A DNA stretch of 34,414 bases. Source: Dehalococcoidia bacterium. GTDB taxonomy: Bacteria; Chloroflexota; Dehalococcoidia; E44-bin15. The notes below the pieces were generated by a model that was not told the origin of the DNA, did not search any database, and worked only from the letters and a program-made list of their open reading frames with translations. This document shows, in pieces, positions 8,230-15,470 of this stretch. The translations under genes and the position numbers were made by a program. The stretch's first letter is position 1. Each line of letters begins with the position of its first letter. The stretch spans positions 1 through 34,414 of the forward strand of contig SOJQ01000018.1 in assembly GCA_004376075.1 (NCBI GenBank). The letters are read 5' to 3'.

Positions 8230-8472
8230 ATGAAGATGCTGGCTACGATCACTGTAGACGACGAAAAGTGTAATGACCCCCTCTCCTGCCGCAAGTGCCT
8301 TCTCATTTGCCCAACACACGTTCTAGGGCTGGGCACCGATGTGGGCCCCCAGAAATTCCGGGAAACCGACCCCAACCACTTCATACTGAGGGGGGTTCGC
8401 TTTGAGAAGTGTACCGGCTGTATGGATTGTGTCGAGGTCTGCCCCCAAAATGCCATCCAAGTGAGCTTTTAG
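8230..8472 (+). CDS. Small 2x[4Fe-4S] ferredoxin
   Basis: 80 aa with CNDPLSCRKCLLICP and CTGCMDCVEVCP motifs. The ATG at 8236 is an alternative start with better SD spacing. Confidence 0.8.
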   Translation: MKMLATITVDDEKCNDPLSCRKCLLICPTHVLGLGTDVGPQKFRETDPNHFILRGVRFEKCTGCMDCVEVCPQNAIQVSF

Positions 8473-8487
8473 CGGAGGTATGAAGAA

Positions 8488-9069
8488 ATGACCATGGGTT
8501 GGAAGTACGCCAAGCCAATAAGGGAGAAATTGATGACTCTGGAGGAGCCGGGAAAACCCCTGCCCTTCGATGCCGATCGGGGGCTTGTCGAGGAGGTCAC
8601 TGCTCGCTTTGATATTAAAGCGCTGCTGGAAAGCCTGAAGGGAAAGGATGAAAAGGGCACTCGGGAGGCCCTGGAGGGCTTCGGCAAGGAAGTGATGAAA
8701 CTGACCATTGAGCTGGCCGATGGAAAGTATATCGATCGCACCGGGGAGATGCTGGAGAGGGTCGCCAAGCAGACAGGGATATCCTTCCCCCATCGCCTTG
8801 AGCGCTATGTTGAGCTCTCCATCCTGGCCTCAAGACCCACCGACCGATGGAACATCGCTAAGGCCACCACGAAGGAGCTGGTGCTCCAGGTCTCCAGCTG
8901 TGTGGTGCAGAAAGCGATGGAGGAAGCGGGGCTTAAAGACCTTCCCTGTAAAAGGATGTGTCTTGCCAGCTTTGAGACCGCCGCCGAGAAGACCGGCGAT
9001 GGGATAAAGATTGAAATGGCAAAGATGCTGCCCAAAGATGGGATGTGCGAGTTCCTCATCTCCGTATAG
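8488..9069 (+). CDS. Hypothetical protein with a Cys-containing C-terminus (possibly ATC-hydrolase-like fold)
   Basis: 193-aa ORF with GGAGG 10 nt upstream. The C-terminal pattern is SSCVVQKAMEEAGLKDLPCKRMCLASF...DGMCEF. Family assignment is tentative and from memory. Confidence 0.6.
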   Translation: MTMGWKYAKPIREKLMTLEEPGKPLPFDADRGLVEEVTARFDIKALLESLKGKDEKGTREALEGFGKEVMKLTIELADGKYIDRTGEMLERVAKQTGISFPHRLERYVELSILASRPTDRWNIAKATTKELVLQVSSCVVQKAMEEAGLKDLPCKRMCLASFETAAEKTGDGIKIEMAKMLPKDGMCEFLISV

Positions 9070-9097
9070 GCGCTAATAAAATGGGGAGAGCCTGGGG

Positions 9098-9554
9098 TCA
9101 CCGAGGCTCCCTGGGCAGCTCCAATCCCCTGGTGGCGATGATGTTCCTCATGATCTCCGAAGTGCCAGCGGCGATGTTCATGCCAACGCAGGTTTGATAG
9201 GCATTCTCAAATCTCCCTTGTAGTGGTGCCCATTTTGATTCCTTCACCTGCCCGTAGAGGCCCATGATCTGGCACCCCAGGTGCCCTATAGTATCCCGTC
9301 ACCTCGCTGAAGAGGAGCTGCTCGATTTGGGAGTGTTCCTGCCCCCCGTATTCCTTGGGCCAGGGCAGGGAGAGCCACCCCTTCTCCCCCAGCTTCCGTG
9401 CCACCACCTGATGAAAAGCGAAGCCCTCGTCAGTGGCAAAAGGGGCCTCCAAGCCCCCCTCCCAGCCTGGGGGAGCCTGCTTCATCGCCTCCTCAAAAAA
9501 GTCCTCAAACTCTTTTTTAAGTGCCTCCTGTTCCTCGGTAAGTCGAAAGTCCAT
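9098..9554 (-). pseudogene. Acyl-CoA dehydrogenase relic with a large internal deletion
   Basis: The N-terminal ~95 codons (MDFRLTEEQEALKKEFEDFF...GWLSLPWPKEYGGQ...SEVTGYYRAPG) are ACAD-like. Near 9272-9285 the homology jumps to another frame. That frame encodes only the extreme ACAD C-terminus: QIMGLYGQVKESKWAPLQGRFENAYQTCVGMNIAAGTSEIMRNIIATRGLELPREPR, then stop. The middle ~230 codons are missing. Confidence 0.65.
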
Positions 9555-9577
9555 GCTCTCACCCCCTACTAGTGACC

Positions 9578-9607
9578 ATTATATAAAGCCATTCTACGGC
9601 ACGTCAA
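9578..9607 (-). promoter_or_regulatory. Intact-looking promoter (TTGACG-18-TATAAT) upstream of the ACAD relic
   Basis: Reverse strand reads TTGACG at 9602-9607, an 18-nt spacer, then TATAAT at 9578-9583. GGGGGTGAGAGC and the ATG at 9554 follow. Confidence 0.45.
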
Positions 9608-9694
9608 TGGTGAGATTGGTGACTTTGTAGGGAACTCCCCCAGCGGAGGATGGAACATGAGGTCGTAAAGCGGGGCGAAGCTATGAGACCGTCC

Positions 9695-9723
9695 TTGACA
9701 ACCTTGACCTTAATGGCTATATT
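9695..9723 (+). promoter_or_regulatory. sigma70 promoter TTGACA-17-TATATT for the BcrB/BcrC-like pair
   Basis: TTGACA at 9695-9700, a 17-nt spacer, then TATATT at 9718-9723. GAAGGAGG lies 8 nt before the ATG at 9771. Confidence 0.55.
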
Positions 9724-9770
9724 GTTCACGGGGAGCGGGTCCCTCCATAGCCGTTGAAGGAGGTATAGTT

Positions 9771-11099
9771 ATGGCTACTGAGGAAAAGAAGAGAGCGATA
9801 AATAGGCTGGCAGTAAGTAGGGAGTTTCGTGCCCTGGTGGATAAGATGTACCTCGATGGCATCGAGGCCTCCAGAGGGGGGGCGCCTACAGCTTGGGCCA
9901 TGGTTAACTGGTGGCAGGGCGACCCAATACTTAAGGCCATGGATGTGGTCACCGTTTACCCCGAGAACTATGGGGCGGCCTGCGCCGCCGCCGGAGCTGC
10001 TGAGGCTTACCTGGAGCGCTGCGAGACTGAGGGTTTCCCCAGCCACCTCTGCGGCTATGCCAGGAACACCTTGGGCTATACAGCGAAGATGATTGAATTG
10101 GGAGAGATTCCTGCCGAGGCCCCCATAGGGGGCATGGCCAAGCCTGTGGTGCTTTTGAGCTCGGGCGCCTTCTGCGATGCCAGGTATAAGTGGTTCCAGG
10201 CTCTGGGGCGCTATATGGACGTTCCGGTATGGGTCCTAGAGTGGCCCACCCCCGGGCTGAAGGAGAGCGCCATGGAAGGGGTCTACGAGTACACCATCGA
10301 GTTCATGGTCAGAGAATTGAGGGAATTCGTCGCTTTCCTGGAGCGCCTTTTGGGCAAGAAGATGGACTGGGATAAATTGAGCGAGGTGATGGACAATGTG
10401 GAGCAGATGTTTCGCGTGTGGCATGAGGCCAATGAGCTGCGCAAGGCTATCCCCTGCCCTATGCACGCCCGAGACTTCTGGACCTGTATGGTCCCCTGCC
10501 TCTACATGTCGGGGGAGAAGGAATCGCTGCAGGCCTATCGGGAGCTGTATGATGAGGTGAAGCAGAGGGTAGATGGCAAGATAGGGGCTGTTGCCGATGA
10601 GAAATATCGGCTGCTCTTCGCCGAGCTCCCCCCTTGGCATAGCATGAGGTTCTTCGATTCCCTCGCCGAAAGGGGATGGAATTTCGTCATCGAGAGCTTT
10701 GCCTATCACCCGCCGCTGCCTTTGGATTTGGCGGGGGTCAGCGACCCCCTGGAGCGCATCGCCCGATACACCTATCAAGTCCTCGCTGGCCGTTTCCATA
10801 GTGCCCTAAGAGCGGGGGAGGCCTCAGGCATGGTCTACCCCTATCTGGAGTGGGCCAGGGACTATAAATGCGATGGGGCGATGCTTCATCCTCTCATCTC
10901 CTGCCGTACCGCCACCTTCTACCTCATGCACGCCCGCGACAGGCTGATGGAAAGCCTAAAAGTCCCCTCCCTTGTCATTGAGGGCGATATTGTGGATCTA
11001 AGGGTTTTCGATCAGACACAGGCCTTGAACGAGGCTGAGGCCTTCGTCGAAACGATGGAACACTACAGGAGGGTTAGAGAGAAAGAGGGGCTAGGGTGA
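9771..11099 (+). CDS. 2-hydroxyacyl-CoA dehydratase / benzoyl-CoA reductase family subunit, BcrB/BadE-like
   Basis: 442 aa, a size that matches BcrB-type subunits. The N-terminal third (APTAWAMVNWWQGDPILKAMDVVTVYPENYGAACAA...EGFPSHLCGYARNTLGY) fits the HgdA/HgdB/BcrB/BcrC family pattern as I recall it. Confidence 0.75.
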   Translation: MATEEKKRAINRLAVSREFRALVDKMYLDGIEASRGGAPTAWAMVNWWQGDPILKAMDVVTVYPENYGAACAAAGAAEAYLERCETEGFPSHLCGYARNTLGYTAKMIELGEIPAEAPIGGMAKPVVLLSSGAFCDARYKWFQALGRYMDVPVWVLEWPTPGLKESAMEGVYEYTIEFMVRELREFVAFLERLLGKKMDWDKLSEVMDNVEQMFRVWHEANELRKAIPCPMHARDFWTCMVPCLYMSGEKESLQAYRELYDEVKQRVDGKIGAVADEKYRLLFAELPPWHSMRFFDSLAERGWNFVIESFAYHPPLPLDLAGVSDPLERIARYTYQVLAGRFHSALRAGEASGMVYPYLEWARDYKCDGAMLHPLISCRTATFYLMHARDRLMESLKVPSLVIEGDIVDLRVFDQTQALNEAEAFVETMEHYRRVREKEGLG

Positions 11100-11126
11100 A
11101 CGTACTATTAAAAAGGAGGCTTCATT

Positions 11127-12278
11127 GTGGCGGAAAATAAAGGATTGGCCAGGGCCAAGCAGATCTACCAGGATCGAGATAAAAGGGCCAAGGAGTTAAA
11201 GGCTCAAGGGGGGAAGATAATAGGCTATTTCTGCATCTATCCCCCTTTGGAGATGATCACCGCCCTGGAGATGGTTCCCTATCGAATCCTGGGGGATATG
11301 AAGGAGGCGATAACCAAGGCCGATGCCTACCTGCCAACAGTAGTCTGCTCCTTCCTTCGGAGCTGTTTTGACATCGGGATGAAAGGCAGGTATGAGTTCC
11401 TCGATGGGTTTATTGGGGTTCATGTTTGCGATCAATGTGAGAAGGTGGCTCATCTTTGGCGGCATTACATAAAGCACCCCTATAGTCACTTTATAGATAT
11501 ACCCCATACGGTTCACGATGCATCCTTTGAGTTCTTCGAGGCGGAGCTGAATACCTTTAGGAAGACGCTGGAGAGGTTTGCCGGGAAGGAGCTTTCCCCA
11601 GAACGCCTCCAGGGGGCGATCTCAATCCATAATGAGCAGAGGGCGCTGGTGAGGGAGCTATATGAGCTAAGAAAACCAGATCCACCCCTTCTTTCCGGGA
11701 CTGAGACGTTAGAGATAATGATGGCTCTAATGAGCATCCCCGTGGAGGAGGGAAATCAGCTATTGAGGGAGGTGATAAAAGAGGTCAAGGAGCGAAAGGA
11801 TGGCCCACAAAAGCAATCGGCTAGGTTGCTGATTTGGGGAACCCCTATGGATCATGTAGCCCTCTTGGAGATGATCGAAGGCTGTGGCTCAAATGTGGTG
11901 ATGGATGATACCTGTGTGGGCACTCGGTTCTACGGCCCAGATGTAAAGCCCACCGAGAATCTCCTGAAGGGGATAGCTCATCGCTACCTCAAAGACACTC
12001 GTTGTCCGCGCACCTTTAGAGAGACCGGGGGAACCTATAGAGCAGACCTTGAGAACAGGTTTGACTATCTTAAGGGCTACGCAAAGGGATGGAATGTAAA
12101 CGGGGTGATACTTCAGTCCATTAAATATTGCGATACCCATGGCTACGAAGTTCCTGCAGTCAAAGACTACCTGGAGGGATTAGGGCTGCCCGTTTTGTTT
12201 CTGGAACACGAATATAGTATGCTTGCCTTAGCGCCTTTAAGAACTAGGGCGCAGGCCTTTCTGGAGATGATACGCTAA
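11127..12278 (+). CDS. 2-hydroxyacyl-CoA dehydratase / benzoyl-CoA reductase family subunit, BcrC/BadD-like
   Basis: 383 aa with a GTG start and AGGAGG 8 nt upstream. Family-typical segments are GGKIIGYFCIYPPLEMITALEMVPYRILG, conserved Cys residues (VHVCDQCEK, DDTCVGTR, IKYCDTHG) and the tail FLEHEYS. Confidence 0.75.
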   Translation: MAENKGLARAKQIYQDRDKRAKELKAQGGKIIGYFCIYPPLEMITALEMVPYRILGDMKEAITKADAYLPTVVCSFLRSCFDIGMKGRYEFLDGFIGVHVCDQCEKVAHLWRHYIKHPYSHFIDIPHTVHDASFEFFEAELNTFRKTLERFAGKELSPERLQGAISIHNEQRALVRELYELRKPDPPLLSGTETLEIMMALMSIPVEEGNQLLREVIKEVKERKDGPQKQSARLLIWGTPMDHVALLEMIEGCGSNVVMDDTCVGTRFYGPDVKPTENLLKGIAHRYLKDTRCPRTFRETGGTYRADLENRFDYLKGYAKGWNVNGVILQSIKYCDTHGYEVPAVKDYLEGLGLPVLFLEHEYSMLALAPLRTRAQAFLEMIR

Positions 12279-13165
12279 TTGCCCTCCTCCTGCTCCCTCG
12301 TCCTTTTGAGGAATCGCTCCACCTCGCCAAGGAGTTCCTCGGTGCTAAATTCCAAGGGCTCTTGAATCTCCGCCTCCTCAGCGCTCGCCTGCTGCTTCAG
12401 TCGGTCAAAATAATCGAGAAGCCTTTTCGCCTCCTCCCCATGCGACTCTCTGAGCATCTCGATATTCTTCTCTATTTCCGCTTCCGCTTCCCTCGCCCAG
12501 TTATCAAGCTCGCTCAGGTCAACCTCAATAGCTAAGAATCTGGTCAAAACCTCAAGGACAGCTTTGGAGGATCTGGGATTTGGTATTTCGGTGATGTAAA
12601 CAGGTATCTCGCCCAATAAGCAAATGCCCTCCATATTCCTTTCCTTGGCAACGCCCAGCAGCAAGCCATTCAGACCGCTGATACTGCCAGCACCCATCGG
12701 TATCACATCGTTCCTCCTAAGCTCCTCAATCAGGCCGGGATGGGTTGTCACCCCCAGGACCTTCGGCCTTCTTGTATGGTGGATATGACCAGGGGCGGCA
12801 GCGAAGGTGTATACCCTTTTCGCCCTCAGCCTTTTTGCCACATCCAAGACCAGATTGGCAAATCTATAGCCCTTCACCGGGGGCTGGGCCTCTCCGATGA
12901 AGATTATCAAGTCCTTTCCTCCCCCGCTTTCCCAGAAGTAGAACTTGCTCTCGGGGAATTCTGGCTCCTCTACGACATGATCCCGAACGGAAATCGCACC
13001 CAGATCGAAGAAATCGTAGGGCTCGATCCTTCCAAATTCTTCAGCGCCTAGCTTATCCTTTAGATGCTTAGCGGCTATTATCGCCACTCCTCCCATGCCA
13101 GGCCATGCTGCAATGAAGGCTGGATCTCTAAGCGCCGGTTCTCTATAGAGTCTGACCGCTTCCAT
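12275..13165 (-). CDS. PAC2 (proteasome assembly chaperone 2-like) family protein with an acidic helical C-terminal tail
   Basis: LRDPAFIAAWPGMGGVAIIAAKHLKDKLGAEEFGRIEPYDFFD...IGEAQPP...SGLNGLLLGVAKERNMEGICLLGEIPVYITEIPNPRSSKAVLEVLTRFLAIEVDLSELDNWA. This was recognised by motif only. The stop overlaps the stop of the convergent BcrC-like gene by 4 nt. Confidence 0.7.
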   Translation of the reverse strand: MEAVRLYREPALRDPAFIAAWPGMGGVAIIAAKHLKDKLGAEEFGRIEPYDFFDLGAISVRDHVVEEPEFPESKFYFWESGGGKDLIIFIGEAQPPVKGYRFANLVLDVAKRLRAKRVYTFAAAPGHIHHTRRPKVLGVTTHPGLIEELRRNDVIPMGAGSISGLNGLLLGVAKERNMEGICLLGEIPVYITEIPNPRSSKAVLEVLTRFLAIEVDLSELDNWAREAEAEIEKNIEMLRESHGEEAKRLLDYFDRLKQQASAEEAEIQEPLEFSTEELLGEVERFLKRTREQEEGN

Positions 13166-13179
13166 CACTCACTTTGCCC

Positions 13180-13965
13180 TTAGTAGTCTTCCCTTTGGAA
13201 AAGGTCCCGATAATCGATGGTGAAATCCTCGAGGAAGGCCCGCGATGCGTCCTTCACCATTTTGTTCATCTCCTCTTCGGACTGCTCGATCCATCGGTCG
13301 AACTCAGCGATATCGATATCAACGCCCAGCATGGCGGTCAAAACCTTGAGCACAGCCCTACAGGATTTGGGATTTGCCATCTGGGTGCTATAGGAGGGCA
13401 CCTCGCCGAGAAGGTAGATGCCCTGAAGGCCCTTCTTCCTAGCAAGACCCAGTAAAAGGGCGTTCATGCTGGTAAGCTTCCTCTCCTTTATAACTGTTAT
13501 ATGATATTGCTCCAAGTATTCTACCAGTTTTGTATCGTTTACAAGCCCAAAGACCCTTGGCTCTGCGGAGTGAGTGATAAGCGATGGAAAGGCACAAGCG
13601 GTATAAATCCTTTCCACCTGAAATTGCTCTGCTACATCTAAAAGGAGGTTAGCGTATTCATACCGCCACAGCGGCGGTTCCTGGTCGGCAATACAAAGGA
13701 TCAAATCCTTCCCCTCCCTATTTTCCCAATAATAGAGTTTGCTTCGGGGAAACTCCAGTTCCTCCACCAGCCCATTTCTTACTTCAACAGGGATGTTAAA
13801 GAAATCACAGAGCTCGATCTCCCCAAATTCCTCGGCCCCCAGTTTGTCCCTTAAGTAGGTGACAACTCCTATCCCAACCTCGCCAATACAACCCCATGCC
13901 ACAACCAGGCGGGGATTTTTCAGGCTGGGCTCTCTAAAAATCTTGAGCGGGGCTTCCGCTGACAT
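13180..13965 (-). CDS. PAC2 family protein (paralog of the downstream gene)
   Basis: LKNPRLVVAWGCIGEVGIGVVTYLRDKLGAEEFGEIELCDFFN...IADQEPP...MNALLLGLARKKGLQGIYLLGEVPSYSTQMANPKSCRAVLKVLTAMLGVDIDIAEFDRWI. The ATG at 13965 (GAGGG upstream) is preferred over the GTG at 13980. Confidence 0.7.
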   Translation of the reverse strand: MSAEAPLKIFREPSLKNPRLVVAWGCIGEVGIGVVTYLRDKLGAEEFGEIELCDFFNIPVEVRNGLVEELEFPRSKLYYWENREGKDLILCIADQEPPLWRYEYANLLLDVAEQFQVERIYTACAFPSLITHSAEPRVFGLVNDTKLVEYLEQYHITVIKERKLTSMNALLLGLARKKGLQGIYLLGEVPSYSTQMANPKSCRAVLKVLTAMLGVDIDIAEFDRWIEQSEEEMNKMVKDASRAFLEDFTIDYRDLFQREDY

Positions 13966-14043
13966 TTTCCCTCGATCCACCTTTCAATTTTAATTGAAGA
14001 AACCTCGCCATGCAAGCAGCTCTGTCCATATCTTCCCCATTTA

Positions 14044-14628
14044 TTAGCAAATCGACCATTTCACAGCCTGTAGCAATTGCACCTTGAGTTCCTCGAGTAT
14101 TTTGTCATACTGCGAATAAAGCTCCTGGCAGATCTCCTTCCAAGTCTCGCTGGCCTCCAGGTTGATCTCCCCTACCGCACTCCCCGAGATTCTTAGTTGG
14201 TGCAGTAGCCCCCTTTCTTTTCTCTCTATCTCCTCCTTTTCCTCTTCATACCTCTCTTTTTCGGCCTGTTTGTATTCCTCAAGGAGGATTTTTATCTGGT
14301 CCTTTACCTCCCCAACCTTCTCCTTCTCTTTCAACACCAGGATGCCTTCCATCGCCCTCTGCGTTATCTCGTAGTTTCCCAACTCCATTGCCTCCACCAG
14401 TCTCGATAGGGCAGCCCTGGTCACGATGTCTCTTTCCTCGCCACTATGTTTATTCGCCTCCTCCCCCAAAATCTCGCCATAACCATGCCTGAGATACCTA
14501 TCGACCAATGCCCGCCCGATGGGGGCATACTCCTCCTCTTTCCTCTCCCTCATCTCCTCGGGGGATAGTTTTCCTAATTTTTCTGCTTTTTCCAGTGCTT
14601 TCTCAAAAGCGCTCTTTATCTCCTCCAC
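14044..14628 (-). CDS. Glu/Lys-rich coiled-coil hypothetical protein
   Basis: The ORF is in the same orientation as the PAC2 genes and 63 nt upstream of them. A GTG start at 14628 (GAGGAA 5 nt upstream) is proposed because the longer ORF would start upstream of the promoter-like element. Composition is dominated by E/K heptad-like stretches (KEKEKVGEVKDQIKILLEEYKQAEKERYEEEKEEIERKE). Confidence 0.5.
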   Translation of the reverse strand: MEEIKSAFEKALEKAEKLGKLSPEEMRERKEEEYAPIGRALVDRYLRHGYGEILGEEANKHSGEERDIVTRAALSRLVEAMELGNYEITQRAMEGILVLKEKEKVGEVKDQIKILLEEYKQAEKERYEEEKEEIERKERGLLHQLRISGSAVGEINLEASETWKEICQELYSQYDKILEELKVQLLQAVKWSIC

Positions 14629-14673
14629 GACATTCCTCGCTTCACAGCCTTCTCCCAGAAGGGAGGTAGATAT

Positions 14674-14703
14674 ATTATATATTATAGAGCCTAACCGCGC
14701 CAA
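14674..14703 (-). promoter_or_regulatory. Candidate promoter (TTGGCG-18-TATAAT) inside a TATAATATATAATATAT tract
   Basis: Reverse strand reads TTGGCG at 14698-14703 and TATAAT at 14674-14679. A second, overlapping TATAAT lies at 14681-14686. Confidence 0.35.
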
Positions 14704-14781
14704 TAAAAAGCCCCCCCGAGCTTGACTAGGCACGCGCCAAAGTATATTCTGTTGGGTTTAGTCAGAACCTCTCAAGAAGTG

Positions 14782-14811
14782 TTGACAAAAATGCGGATTA
14801 TGTGGTAAAAT
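14782..14811 (+). promoter_or_regulatory. sigma70 promoter TTGACA-18-TAAAAT for the toxin-antitoxin pair
   Basis: TTGACA at 14782-14787, an 18-nt spacer, then TAAAAT at 14806-14811. AAGGAGG lies 8 nt before the ATG at 14886. Confidence 0.55.
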
Positions 14812-14885
14812 GTGGCGAGAAGTGGAAAAACGGACAAATTGGAATGCTGATTTTCAGTAATCCTGAGAATTAAGGAGGATTTCTA

Positions 14886-15164
14886 ATGATGACCGAAACT
14901 GTCAAGGTGGCTCGCCGTGGTCAGGTGACATTGCCGGCATCTTTGCGCAATGCTGCGCATATCGAGGAGGGAGACTATATCCAATTTTTTATTGAGGGTG
15001 CAGCCATAACCCTAATTGTGAAAAAGCTCATAGACAAAAGCCAGACCTACTTTTGGACGAGGGAATGGCAGGAGGGTGAGCGCGAGGCAGAGGAGGATAT
15101 ACGAGCTGGGCGCTTGAAGACTTTCGATTCAGTAGCTGAGCTGATTGTGGAACTTAAGTCATAG
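14886..15164 (+). CDS. AbrB/MazE/SpoVT-type antitoxin
   Basis: VKVARRGQVTLPASLRNAAHIEEGDYIQF is a SpoVT/AbrB swapped-hairpin DNA-binding motif. The 92-aa protein sits immediately upstream of a small toxin-like ORF. Confidence 0.8.
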   Translation: MMTETVKVARRGQVTLPASLRNAAHIEEGDYIQFFIEGAAITLIVKKLIDKSQTYFWTREWQEGEREAEEDIRAGRLKTFDSVAELIVELKS

Positions 15165-15173
15165 AAACTCACA

Positions 15174-15434
15174 ATGAAGCTAGCCCGAACCGATCGATTC
15201 AAAAAGGCATATAAGAAATTGACTGACGAAGAGAAGAAAGCGGCCGACAAGGCCCTTTCTTTTTTGGTCAACAATTTAGGACACCCGAGCCTTCAGGTCA
15301 GGAAAATAGAAGGCACACGAGGCATATGGGAGGCCAGAGCTAGTAAATCGATCCGTTTATCATTTGAACTAAGAGATAACACTTTGATCCTACGCAATAT
15401 CGGCGATCACGATAAGGTGCTCAAAAATCCGTAA
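15174..15434 (+). CDS. RelE/ParE-superfamily toxin
   Basis: 86 aa and 9 nt downstream of the antitoxin. The pattern F.KAYKKL....K...KAL..L..N..HPSL...K..G..GIWEAR......RL.F......L.LRNIGDHD is typical of RelE/YafQ/ParE-like toxins. Confidence 0.7.
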   Translation: MKLARTDRFKKAYKKLTDEEKKAADKALSFLVNNLGHPSLQVRKIEGTRGIWEARASKSIRLSFELRDNTLILRNIGDHDKVLKNP

Positions 15435-15470
15435 GACAATTCCTGTATGCTTTCACCCGGAGGTCGAAGG

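Noticed and set aside
12275-13980. Interpreting the PAC2 pair as part of a proteasome locus
   Set aside because: No proteasome, AAA-ATPase or pupylation genes are present in the window. It is reported instead as an orphan PAC2 module whose function needs a genome-wide check.
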